From Phallusia mammillata (taxonomy: Eukaryota), in assembly GCA_965637545.1 (NCBI GenBank), contig OZ281494.1:14818001-14882000 (forward strand): 64,000 bases of DNA, written 5' to 3'. This document shows, piece by piece, positions 50,701-62,543 of the stretch. The notes beneath the pieces are model-generated. The model did not search any database, was not told the DNA's origin, and worked only from the letters and a program-made list of their open reading frames with translations. The number at the start of each line of letters is the position of its first letter. Position 1 is the first letter of the stretch. The position numbers and the translations under genes are program-made.

Positions 50701-51316
50701 CTGACATTGTCATCTGTGTTAATTCCCCCCTAAGCCGAGAAGGGATTATGTCAACTTGGCGTCACACAAAGTCTTTCTTGTCACCGCGGTTTTACTACGT
50801 ACACAGCCTTGTCATGCAGAAACGCACGTGCTATTTGAGAGAAAACTTTTCAGGGGCTTAAAATAGTACTTTTCCATGCTGCAGAGTCTTGTTTCATAAA
50901 CAGTTCAATTTCCAGGACCGCTCGCCGGAAGCACATGGGCTAAACAAGGGGGGGTAACAAAGACGCCACAAACCTTGACTTTTTGCATGCGCTGTAAGAA
51001 TTTCAGGAATTTCTTAACGTTAAACTATTCGAATCGCTTCGTTTCAAGTCACGCATTTTGGTCCTGCAGCTAGTCTAATTTTTTAAGTGTACCTAATTTA
51101 CTTTTTAGTGACAAAACTGTAACTGCATTTTGGCACATACATTTTTTTATAGTACCCTGGTACAATTGCCGTGCAGGGGCTGTTAAAATGGTTTTACTTT
51201 AAATTAAAAGCAGTTATGTGTGTATGCGTGCCTTGCACAACATTATATTATGGACTTACCAGTGCATAACTGCTGCTTGCCAAGAGGCTCAGACAGAAAA
51301 GCAGATATAATTCCAT
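14748..51316 (-). CDS. HSPG2: Perlecan (basement membrane heparan sulfate proteoglycan core protein), complete multi-exon gene
   Basis: Signal-peptide exon 51316-51260 ([19 protein letters not shown]), then SEA, 3 LDLa, Ig1, laminin B and laminin EGF repeats, 12 Ig and LG-EGF-EGF-LG-LG to a stop at 14748. Most exon junctions outside domain III were traced with consistent phase; domain III exons were located only approximately. Confidence 0.96.
17648..17684. repeat. Poly(A) about 26 nt followed by GG and poly(T) 9 nt
   Basis: Directly visible homopolymers in a perlecan intron, about 40 bp from the duplication breakpoint. Confidence 0.95.
18871..19053. mobile_element. Tc1/mariner (pogo/Tigger-like) MITE
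   Basis: TA flanks at 18869-18870 and 19054-19055; imperfect TIRs CAATAAACCTCGGT / ACTGAGGTTACTG. Confidence 0.65.
20578..20625 (-). ncRNA. Mirror copy of the same minimal hammerhead motif, sense to perlecan pre-mRNA
   Basis: Reverse complement of 20949-20996 within the left arm. Confidence 0.65.
20949..20996 (+). ncRNA. Minimal type I hammerhead ribozyme motif with palindromic stem III
   Basis: AGACGGAAA-CTGACGA-T-GCC caaata GGC-GAA-ATTAAT-A-TTTCTGTTT; stem I 9 bp including 2 G-U pairs; AUA cleavage triplet. Confidence 0.65.
27231..27274. repeat. Imperfect (GA)n microsatellite
   Basis: gagagagagcgagagacagagagagaaagagagagtgagagaga. Confidence 0.9.
29463..29811 (+). mobile_element. About 350-bp hammerhead-bearing insertion with a 55-bp inverted repeat and 13-bp target duplication (Penelope/retrozyme-like)
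   Basis: Perfect IR 29473-29527 / 29711-29765; ACATTTTAGTTCT at 29450-29462 and 29812-29824. Confidence 0.85.
29734..29785 (+). ncRNA. Canonical type I hammerhead ribozyme
   Basis: AGCTGCA-CTGATGA-GACC ttata GGTC-GAA-ACAGT gtgc ACTGT-C-TGCAGCT; stems I (7 bp), II (4 bp) and III (5 bp) all Watson-Crick; GUC cleavage after 29778. Confidence 0.9.
32891..32950. mobile_element. Probable end of a hAT/Charlie-like MITE
   Basis: CAGCGGTTTGCAACCTGCG...GCGGCCC...GCGGCCCGCG resembles the 1396 element; partner TIR not found. Confidence 0.35.
35103..35398. mobile_element. piggyBac-like MITE
   Basis: TTAA at 35099-35102 and 35399-35402; 13-bp perfect TIRs CACGTTGACTGCC / GGCAGTCAACGTG; three internal TACGAG-N4-CTCGTA palindromes. 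Confidence 0.88.
38251..38298. repeat. 25-bp local tandem duplication
   Basis: ctttggttttgatatattactgt repeated at 38251 and 38276. Confidence 0.85.
41280..41335 (-). mobile_element. Degenerate tRNA-derived SINE fragment
   Basis: Minus strand GTCGTGGGTTCGAATTCCACC is a pol III B-box/T-arm; no complete cloverleaf. Confidence 0.4.
45671..46807 (-). other. Perlecan domain II (three LDL-receptor class A repeats) and Ig1
   Basis: CGPGQATC...[21 protein letters not shown]...[21 protein letters not shown]...[13 protein letters not shown]; Ig1 [18 protein letters not shown]. Confidence 0.9.
46931..48178 (-). other. Perlecan domain I: Ser-Gly site, SEA domain and Thr-rich linker
   Basis: Exons 48178-47950, 47874-47765, 47683-47622, 47551-47370 ([18 protein letters not shown]...LMVDVG) and 47203-47142, 46989-46931 ([16 protein letters not shown]). 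Confidence 0.85.
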
Positions 51317-54300
51317 GTCAGTCCGGCTGACTCGACTCAAATTGCTCTACTCGTCACAGCCGCCGCTGCAGTGCCAAACGATATCACACAAATTTTCTTC
51401 GTAGCTGGTTGCGCGCACACAAGACACAGAAAAACCCTTTACTTAAACACTGTGGTAGCGGAGTGGCGCTTTAAACAAACACATCATTGTTGCTCTGCCT
51501 TTCAGTGGCCTAGATACAAGCAACGTGCGAAAAACACTTCGCACTTTTTGAACTGCGATATCCTATCAGATCTGCCCAGTTGCACAGCAGTACTGCCACT
51601 TGTGTTTGACAAATGTCTCAAGTGAGTGGCAAGCACGGTCTCAGCTGCACTGACAATAGACTTGTTTCTAAAACACCTATTTTCAGCGCAAAAAAACAAG
51701 CAACAAAAGACGAAATCTTGTGGTTGTCTGCCCTACAGCTCGCAGTCGCTATTACACAAAGTATGCATTGAAGCGCACTGTCTACATGTCAGTCGATGGA
51801 GTACGCGCATCTTCAACAGACGACCAACACTCTACTTTTTCTCGTCTCGTAACTTGTTCGCCATTCTCGTCTGCCTTGGCCGACGCCTCGCTCGATCAGA
51901 CGGCCCGCTTCCGTTTCACCGGTTGAGGTAAGCAGCTAGCACACGAAACTACAAGCGCCGCGACAAGCCCACTACGAAATCTCCGCCGAACTTCACCAAC
52001 GCTTGTCGAGTTCTTTGAAAAACGCAAATTTGCAAAATGCTGGCGCGCGCCATACTTAGAGCGAAAAAGGCCGATTGTTGTGGAATAAACGAGGAACAAA
52101 TAGACTGTCATCATATCGGTTTCAACACAAACAAGTCGCTTGGGAAAGGTAAGCGTAATCTAGTTTGAAATCAAATCCCCGACTGTGCGGCCCAAAACAA
52201 AGCTGACCGACCTCTTTAGTGGTCATTGGTCACTTGTTTGTAGTGGTCTGGTTTTTACCAATGAAATAACATAGTTTTCTGTAATCTGAAGACACGGCTT
52301 CCAAAGTATGAGAGGTAAACATGTCAAATATTGACTGTAAGATGCCATGAAGTCATTTTCCTACATGATGCTAGCACCGCAGATATGTTTGCCAATTTGT
52401 GTGTACACTGTTGACAGCAAGTCAACACAACAATTTAACTGAAAAAACACCCATCTCAGGTGTCCTATGTAACGAATGTTTTTTGGCACAACGGCTATTT
52501 ATTGCACAAACGTTTTGGTTTGCGCTATTTTTGCTGGTGTAGGATTACTTTTGAAACCAGCAAGGCATTGCAGGTGGTGAAATTGGCAGCGATGAATACA
52601 CCATATCGCCGCCGGCGTCATCACAATATCCAAAGCAGCTCACAAGTGTCATCTAGCGGCGAGTGATTTGTAACCTTGTTTTTACGAAAGAAATAACGCT
52701 TTAAAAACAGTTAAACTTACATCTTAGGTGCCCTTACACCTAATTGTTTCAACGAGGGTGTTTTTTGTGGTATTTAAGATTGTTTGCACGTGCGGTAGCA
52801 ACTGTTAAGGACGATAGTTTTACTCCTTTCTATAAAACGATTTGTCTATTAAGAACAGGAACAGAAAAAGGCAAAAAAGCAAAACAGAAAGCAACCAAAT
52901 TTGACGTTACATCCTACTTCCAAGTTTACAAATCATCGCCCAAACCCAGCTGTTAGCGTATCTGGGTCCTGTCACCAGGTTGCGCTAGAGTTTCAAGTAT
53001 TTAGTCCGTTTCCGACATTTAGATGCACGTTGGTCTGGTCGTCCGGCCATTCCATTTTCGTGACTTCCTGCTCGTGCACGGAACGCTCACGTTTTGTAAA
53101 CACACTCCACTAGGTACAAAGCCCATTCCGACGGTTACTTGCAATTAGCTCCCTGGTCGTGCTGGCAATGTATTGCATTTATAAAAACTTTGAACGACCC
53201 AACGGAATTGAAAGGAATCTCAGCCACGATGTCTTTGCATTTGCACGCGAAATCTGCGTAGGTGCAACGCCGGTACCTTTGCATCTAATCCGTCGTTGTG
53301 AAAGCATCACGAACCTCTTACATAAGCACGACACGGCCCATATATCCTGAATGCAAAAGAAAAGTTCCCAGTGGCTTTGTTTCATGTTGTCCTATTTGCG
53401 GTGCTTTGTTTTTCCGTTGGCTAATTTTCCTGCCATCCCATCCGTTCTATGTTACTTGTGGAGCAATTGTGCGTATCGAAAACGTGTTTATTGCTGTTTC
53501 CTGCTCACGTAAGCACTAATGTAAACTGCCAACAATGGCTGCTATACGGGTGATTGACGTTAAAGCGAGAACTCGGAAATGAGGTCATGGTAAGGTTACC
53601 AAACTTGCAAAGTTAAAGACTGGGGCATTTCCAGAATAATTTATTCCTTCGCGTTGCAAAATTTCGGCACGAACCAATAATTTCACTTGCTTCCAAAGAA
53701 TTTTTCAGGAAGACCATAAGAAATCTTGAGAGGCTTCTGGTTATAGACTGGGTTCCCGACTAAAAACTCATTCTATTGCAGCATCTTTACATTTTACCAA
53801 CGCAAGTTAGATGGTCTGTTTTGACGATAATTTTTTATCTGTGTTTGCGGCCTGGCGGGGTGACGTTATCTTCATTTTAAGGCATGGTTGTTAATTATTT
53901 GTGACGTCACTACCGTGGGAAATTTATAAGTTCTGTTGACTTCTTTATGTTTGTTTACTGTATGTGACCACATGCTATTGCTATGCGAGAAACTCAACAA
54001 ACGCCGTCGTAAACATAAATATTCGCCATTTAAGGAATATGTGCCTTCCGTAATTTACGATGTTCATTGAAGTGATGTTTGTCACACCTGTTGTCTCACA
54101 AACCAAGACAGCTCATATAAAGGCTTCAGTTTCAACAAAACACTTTGCTCACTGGCAGTAAATGTCAATCGCAGTTACCGCGACCGGTGACGTAACACTT
54201 TTTCGGTTTGCTTAGGCCGTGGTCTAAAACCGACTTTCTGGAAAGAGAACCCGGATTGCGTGGGACTGCTTGTCAAGCCGCAACTAGCGACCGCTTTGTC

Positions 54301-57300
54301 TTGCACCACCACGATAAAATCAAGACTTTCTCGAATTTCGCCGCTGCGTCGAGCATCAAAAACTCGCTGTTATAATCTCGACCGCCGCAGCGAGCGAAAA
54401 GATTTAGCCATTGGTGCGAGGCGAACAGAAAAGCAATAAACGCCACTTGGGTGATTTTCTCAGTAAACATTGCGTCATAGGCGGGGGAGGGCCGATGGTG
54501 AAACGATGACATAACAACAATCTAGGGGAACTTTACTCACACGATCAAACACCCAGTGTTCGGAAACGCTTTGTGTTTCTCGTAGGTCGTGTGAACTCGA
54601 AGACGATTTTGGTTGTCGTCTCTTCTGAACTGGGTATTTCCATCTCTATGGCTCATGAATTGGACGATTCGTAACTTAACTAAATGAGATATTGCGAAAA
54701 GTAACCCCCTAATAGAAGTCCGTTTACAATTTATGTAGGGAACAAGTGGTTCCCCATTGTGGGCGACTTTTCTCAAACAAAAATCTCTTTGCAAACTTTC
54801 TTTGTTTGACAAAGCATTGAACTTTTACTACCATACTTGTTTTGTATGTTGACGTTGTGCAACATGAAAAACACTGTCTAAACACTGCGATGCACCGTGG
54901 TATATAAAACAAAAACTCATTACGCACAAACCTATAATTGAGACAAAAATGATTGTTATAAATGGTGTAAGTAATGTCTGTGAACTTAAGTGGAGATTAT
55001 GAAATTGTTTAGTTTTTTTCAACGCAAACTATAAATATATGCTTAATTGCATCAATAATGTAAATAATAGGTTAATTTAGGAGCAAATTGTAAAAATTGA
55101 TATATTGCCGAAGTTGCTTCATTAAATTTAAATAGACTACTATTGCAAAATAGTATTGTAAACACCAATGTTAGGTACTTTTTGCAATGTATTTATGCCC
55201 GTAATTAAACTTTGAAGTTATGATTACCTGGTGTATAAAGCCTTAATTAAAATTGTAGCGGGAGATTTTATTTTAGAAAAAACATCTTGACATCATTTCA
55301 TTCTATAGTTCGCCTAAACAGCAATACCGGTATTTTCTGCGAATAATTGTGATGAATAAATGATAACAAAAGTATAATTAACTAAATAATTATTCTTTTT
55401 GAGACATAACGCTGGGATAATTTGGGTTAAACTTGTGCCAATGTTACTACAAAATCAAAACGCAGCTATGTAAGTTATTCAGATCTCTTCGATGATAATA
55501 TGGTGTTGCTGTGCTAACACCAAATATCACGTTGGTTTAATTTTCTGCATTTGACGTTTGGCAAAATTATCTTACTTTGAATCGTAAAGCATCTCTTGCG
55601 TGTTTGAACATGGAGGTCCGTGTATATCTGTTGCTTTAATCAATCGGACAATTTGGGTCGTCACATGCCTGTTACGCTGATGTATATCGTGTCTACTCGT
55701 GCGTAACAGATATTCTGTTGGCTGGCAACAGTCGATGGTTTGCAGCTAAATTATTCGCCGTTGAGTTATACTCACAAATTCGCAAGACTATGTAGTGTCT
55801 TCTGTATGATGGTCTTAAAAGTTTTTGAGTTTTGCTTTATGCAGTAAAATTTCGACTGAATTCGTGAATTAATTTATTAAGGAAAGTAGAATACCAGTTG
55901 GTCAAATAAACTAAGCGCGAAATAGGCAAATATATGACTTTACAAATGTTATGTTTTTCGTAGTTGGTAGCAACGCTTTTTAGCGGATGTTTTTGCGTCT
56001 TCATTATCCTTTTGGTATGACGTGGTAACCGCGTATTTTCAAGCAGCACTTGCTACAGAATGAAGCCTTTGTTTCAGATAGTTTATTTTACAGCTGTTTT
56101 GTTGTACAATCTGCTGAGAAGCTGAAATGCAAATACAGCAGAACAACCTCAAGGGCGTGGCAAATCGAAAAACATGTTGTTTCACAATACCACATGACAA
56201 ATACAAGTTCCAGTTTTAATCAGTAGCTTCAAGCAATACGTAGTCTCAATGGGTGTATGCTGGAAACTTGGGGATCGTGTTCAATCGTCACATCAACACA
56301 CAGCAACTGGCAATTTTCTAATTAGGCTCAAGTCCAGCCACCAATTTCCAGCGACAAGATGGCAGCGTTTTGCGCGAGATCGCTCGATTAATCGGGCGTG
56401 TGGTCACTTAAATACTGTATTTAGCGCCTACTAAGATGGAATGAGGTGAATATTGGACAAGTGCTCATTGAAAGAGTGTAATAGCTCATGTTACGCGGAT
56501 CAGGGGTGTTTCAAATGACGAGCGATACTTTCTGATTGTGTAGTGATTTTTGATCAGAATACAGAAGACGTTTTTCTTTATTTATTGGGTGGTATTTGGA
56601 CTAGTTTGAGTGAATTCAGTTTATATCACTTCGGTGCTTGCAGTGTTTACATAATAATGGCTTAGATACCTGCCCCTTTTCATTAAAAAGATAGTGACTT
56701 GTAGGGTTTTACCCATGTTTAACTTAAGGGAAGTGGTTTGTTGGATATAGCCTATTGGAAGCTGTAATTGTTGCTAAAACTTTTTGGTTTCACTATATAT
56801 AGTGCTTGTAAGAAATGGTAAACACATTTTAATTCTATAGCTAGTAAGAAATGGTCAACACATTTAATGTTGTTTTACAATGACGCTACCCTAATTGGAG
56901 ATTTGACGCTTACGTGTGCAAGTGCTTGTGATAGGTTCATCGTTTGCGGTCGGAGCCAATTTTAAATTGGACTGAAATCCCAGATTTGCAGGAGGGAATT
57001 AGTTGACCAAATGTTGATGCAGTCAGTAAGGCGGCAAGGGCGGGGAAAAAGCGATTTCCAGTAGAAATTTAATCAGTATCAGGTGTAAGGATTGGACGTG
57101 CAAGTGTGGGAACGTCCTGTCACGACGCCTGCCGATTTGCGACCCGCTGCTGCCGGGGATAAATGGACCGCATTATGTGGCTTAATATTGGAGTGGGTAG
57201 CCTCTCCAGCAACCGGTCGTGGTGTCGCCGGGAGCCACTTCAAACTATATGTATTCGCCTTAAGAAGTGTTACTGGTCCCTTTGTTATCCTGGCCTTTGC

Positions 57301-58970
57301 CCCCGGTGGCACGATAAACCCTGCGATGTCACATCCACTTAGACGCATTTATGCAGCGTCCTCTTACATTAATTACTGAATACTTACGTTACGGGAGCCA
57401 GTCGCGCCGACTGCAATTAGATCTGTTTTCATTTGCTCGAAAGTGTGTTCAATTGCGCCCTTCAATTGCGGTCGCCGCTGCTTGAATATGAGATAGCCTA
57501 TAGTTGCAAGCAACACCCGTCCATGAGGCTTTCCCAGCTTGTGATTCAACTGTGCAAAGCAAACAGCGACTAGACGCAACCTCCGCTGAACTTCTGGGGT
57601 TTCGGAACAGAAAGTTCTGCATGTGATGATACATCCGTCCGTGAAAAGAAACCACTAAACTTAACGCGCAGGCAATAACATTGTGCTATGTGGCGTTTAT
57701 AGACTTTTCGGTAATATTGATGGCTCAGCAAAACCGCACAAATACGTTTTAATTATCACCTTTATTCTAATATTTTTCACCACACTTCCGTTGTTATAAG
57801 ATGGAAAATAACCTAATGCAAGGATCTAGTCTGGACTTTAAGGCAATTTGCATTTCGTTGCCTTTTCTTTCATGATATAGTTTACCGTTGACGTAGGAAG
57901 TCTACAATAAGCGGTGTAATTTTCAATATCGCTTTAAACCGATACATCAACGAAATTGGCGTAAAATTGCTATGCAGTGGTTGAAAAATACCCATGAAAA
58001 GTGTGAATCTATTTGTACCCGTTGAACCTGAACTATACTTTCATGGTTGATTGAAACACGACCGAATGCTTATCTTCATAAAAATCCTTATATTGTAACG
58101 CTAATTTGTTACTATTTACAGCCTTTTTCATCTGCGTTTAAGATTGTCTGTGTGTTTGTATTTGTATTGGAAAGGGCCTTTTGGTTGCTTTGCATTTGCG
58201 CCTTTAGTTTATTCAAACTAGAAAATGTTAAACACGCTTAATCTTTATCTGCGCTTTTATAAATCTACGATCCCTGCCCAAGGGCGCTTTTGCGCAATAT
58301 ATAAATCAGTATTAGAACCACAGAAGCGGATTTGATTTCAGAGCAATCATATGCGTCATGTAGATGTGTATGCTTAATGTGAAAGAAAAACTTCTGCGGG
58401 CACGAAGTCTAACTTACACAAGGAATGTGCTGAGATTAGAAACTACGTGAGCCTCTGCATATTCCAGGCACCAAAATGTGAGGCCAGATACAATAAAACT
58501 GCCTTATAGTACTTGGTGTGAATGTCGAACCGTTAGGAGTTGTCTGGTCGATAGCCAATATGCCTAAATATGTTCAGTTCAGGGCATCTGCGATTTTACT
58601 GAAGGGGTTCACCGATCTCGCACGCAATTCCCGTGCACGAAGAGAACGCTGAACTGACTCTGTCCATCGGCTCGGGTGAAAAAACATTTCTCTCTCCGCA
58701 GTTACACACGCCGACTATGGAAAGAAGGTAGCCGCCAGGCTCGTATAAAATCGGGAGTTCTTCCTGACAGCGGGAAGGCGCGGTTGCGTAGTGAAAGGTT
58801 GCAGATGGGCAAACTGCGGCTGGAGAGAGAGCGAAGAGCTTTAATTAACCTTTCTGTTTTCTTATGCTAGGTGCACTGTGAATCTCGTGCAGCGTTCAGT
58901 AGTAAAGCAAGCCTTTGTGCGAAAATTGTATCGACTTGAAGGTCTTATCAAGATCAAACTGTGTTCAAAC

Positions 58971-61900
58971 ATGCGTCAAACGCTTTGTCGAAGAGACGGA
59001 CGTTCATGGTCTGCATGGAAATGCGTTTGTTGTCCGCTGCTCGTAGTGGTTCTGCTTCTGCACGAGTCGCCAACCGCCTCTGGCTGCGGTGTAGACTATG
59101 ATAAAATGCGCAAACGACGAATTGACGCGGTCCGCGGGCAGATCCTAAGCAAACTTGGATTCACCCACTTACCCACAGACGAGCAGCCGCCCCCTGATAG
59201 CATGACGGTGGAAATTGAGGCAATGTACAATCGCACCAGAGACTTTGTTCTGGAACAGGCACGCAAAAAACGTGAGGAATGCCTGGAACCCGAAGACAAC
59301 TACTACGCCCAGGACATTACAACCGTGTACATGAAAAACCCCACCCAGACGACTTCCACCATTGCCGGATCCACAGCGCGTAAGTTTGGTTTATATTTGT
59401 CATTTTTCTATGTTGTGTGGTAAATTAGGAATGCTAAGTAAAAATAATAAATATATTTCAAGCATTTTAGTACTCCGGAAAGATAAATCATTCCAAATTT
59501 CTCTTTTCCAAGCTAGAATTGTTTAGGTTTATGTTCAACCATTTTTACATGGTTGATTGCACCAAAATTGCTCAAAGGCCCTTAAGCCTACAAGTAAACA
59601 GCTACTTTGGGGGTTTAGGCTTTACCTTAGCAAAACACTGGAAAAGTGGCGCAATCGCATCACGGCCCAGTGGCAACTTGTGGTGGAAAGTTTTGTTTTG
59701 ACCCAGTTTTCAAGTGTCACAAGTCACCACGCCCCTTGTGTTTGAAATGCGGCTACTGTACAAAACACGACCACAAATTTCAACAAACGCGTGCGCTGCG
59801 GTTAGAACTAAAACAACTTCACCAAAAACGGGGGCAAAGAGTCCAATGGGGTCGCTACTGAAAGTGAGTTATTGGCGCTTACAATGGTGTTACGCTTTAG
59901 TGGGTTTGACATTTGGGGTTAAAAATCAGTCAGGCGCATCAAGATAACGACGATAACATGACGTGGGCGCTAGTTAGACTAAACAATCGCTAAAAATAAA
60001 ACTGTATTGCGTGTACAGCACAATAAGGCTTTAAGTTATGTTCTATCATTGTTGCGTAATTTCCTTTTGTGGTCAAAGTTACAAACAAGTGTGGTACAGA
60101 AGTGCAGCATCTGGAGTTAGTGTGTGAGTAACAAATCTGGCCCTAACTCTATTTTAACTTCGTGCTAAAAGCTTTTTGTCACCGCTTTCCAGGATACTGA
60201 TTTGTTTATGCAACTGCTCTTGCCTTCCGTTTTCAAATTTGTTGTGAAGCGCGACTGGTGAGACAGGAGGTCCCGTAATTGTAAGCACTCGTTGAGCCAC
60301 TAGGAAACGCCGCGCAGTTGTGTAGTGTCCATTGTTCCCAAGTTTCGCACAGCGCAAGATAAACTGCTATGGTCCCTCCTCTTTTGCGAAATCCCTGCAA
60401 GCGGCCAATGAAGCAGAAAAACAACCCATCGTCCTGTTGGGCAGATCGAGCGATAACCTGAAGAGCCTCGTTTAATTATGGAATCACCTTTTGAACTTGC
60501 GTTCTGCGGTACCAATAAAAATGAAGAAACATTTCGCGCGCCGACTGATAGCCTCAGATAGCATCAAGTCACCTTTCGCAATCGCATAGGCTCCACCAAA
60601 GCTCGAATAGCGGCATGGCAAGTGTCCTAGATTGTTTCAATGCAGACCAAGTGGCTGCAAGTCATAAAAACGTCACAAACAATCGGACTTTCAGATCATC
60701 GATAACTGATTGTTGGCGAGAGTAACAGCTTTCAATTGTTCCGCTCTATGACAATCGGGGCACGCGCGTTGCTTGTATTTGGAACAAATACCATGTCGCG
60801 GTAATTCCGCATCGCACTATGCTTTATATGTGCATGTGTGATGTTTTGTCACGACATCCAAGCATTCCATATACTGATTTTGCCACCCGTAAATAACTCC
60901 ACAGCCAACTCGTGATTTATGGCTTGGCTTTAGTAGGCGTTTGAACAAAATCGTAAGATCGGCGGTAAACCTAAAAAAGAAACGAAAACCTATTCTGTGT
61001 CAGTGTCTTGTGTATTGTCAACCAATTAGAACCAACTGAAGATCAGAAGGGTATCACACCCTCCCACGATTTACGAAAGACGGGCGCGGTACGGAGCGAC
61101 GTAATTCAGTGATGATTAATGGCCTTTGTGAGTCGCCAAAGCGTGGCCCGCGATTCTGCTTGTTAACGCCGCCGCCACACATCAGAATCAAAGACAACAC
61201 TGTTTCTTACGTGGGAAAATCGCGCGTTGTATCATAGTGCCAGGTGTCTTACCTTTGGACCTCGCGACACTTCGGTCTTCGTATGGAACTGGAAAACACA
61301 CCGCGCTGCAGAGCTGACATGAAAGGGGGCACACCCAAACAAAAGCGAACAGCTGGAGGGGCGAGTAGCGGTCGATTGTAAGTTTGTTGACACTTGACGA
61401 TTAGTCGCGTCCGTCGCCCCCGAAAGCACTTGATCCCAATTTTCATTTTCGTGTGAGCTTGCCTGACACCACTGGACCCAATTTGCCGCAAAGGTCGTGT
61501 TTCCTGCCGCTTACGGAAATACGTCGCTCACACCCCTATACCCCTGTAGTCATGCACGTTTACCTTTGCACGGCGCCAGGGCACTTCCCGTGACGTTTGC
61601 ACATTGGAAGTGCGCAGTCGGAACAAGCGTTAACAGACAGGCCCGGTGCGTATAAGTGGGCGCGGGTCAAGTTTACCCGGGTCCAGCCACCGACTCGCCA
61701 TTAGTCATTTCCGTCAACGCCTTCCGTGAGCCAATGACGTGATTTCTCCATGCACCTGCACATGTGGGACAAAATCTAAAAATATAAGACGAACTTTTTC
61801 TGTAAATTTTCTTCTTGCCCTCTTCTAACCCAAAAGAGTGATAAGCAACTTTTTGCAATTTTACCCTGTTTTAATTTAAAGCTTTTTATATGTAATCACT

Positions 61901-62543
61901 TTTATTTCAGCCCGTTACAAGTACCAAAAAAGTCAGCAAGGTGTCTCGGAGTTTTTCGACTTCGATCTGACGCAAACTGAGTTGGATCCTGACACGATTG
62001 TGACAGCATCACTTCGAGTCTACCAGGTTCCAAGCACCGCTGACGGCATGAAAGAACAGGTTGGCCGATTTGTAAAATAAATCACTAAGTTTATATTCAC
62101 GCCGTTGTGCAAATACTTCCGGTTCAACGTTGGGTATTTTTTAGATTTACTGGCACGAAATATAGCAAAATTAGTTTTAAATCCTGCGTTACAATTAATC
62201 AATAAAAATGCTTGAAAATTAAAGAGCTATGTTATTCGAATACAGTATTTAATTCCGAACATCTTTATGGGGTGTTGAAACTTGGTATTGTAACGAGTGT
62301 TTCGTGGAGGCTGAAAACGATATTTATTGCGTGCGCAATACAAATGTATCAAGTGGTTTACATTCCTTTATGTAACGAATTCCCCCTATACAAAGGTGGA
62401 GCTCTATCACCTTTCGTCGCCGCAAAAAGATGGCCAATCTCCAACCAAAAGTTTTCTTCACATGCAACTGATGGATACAGCCAATGAGGGTTGGATTACC
62501 TTTGACGTCACATCTTCCGTCCGTCAATGGATTCAGTTTCCCA
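58971..62543 (+). CDS. TGFB: TGF-beta (sensu stricto) precursor, first three coding exons (signal peptide and LAP); remainder not found in the window
   Basis: Exons 58971-59379, 61911-62059, 62396-62543 in consistent phase. SGCGVDYDKMRKRRIDAVRGQILSKL, MYNRTRD, YYAQDI, VELY and WITFDVTSSVRQW are LAP hallmarks; splice acceptor at 58870. Confidence 0.93.

Noticed and set aside
57079-57655. GC-richer ORF cluster between perlecan and TGF-beta
   Set aside because: Overlapping ORFs on both strands with no recognisable domain or splice pattern; more likely regulatory DNA
61660-61760. TATA/CCAAT/CRE-like motifs as an internal TGF-beta promoter
   Set aside because: Short motifs expected by chance; no supporting evidence
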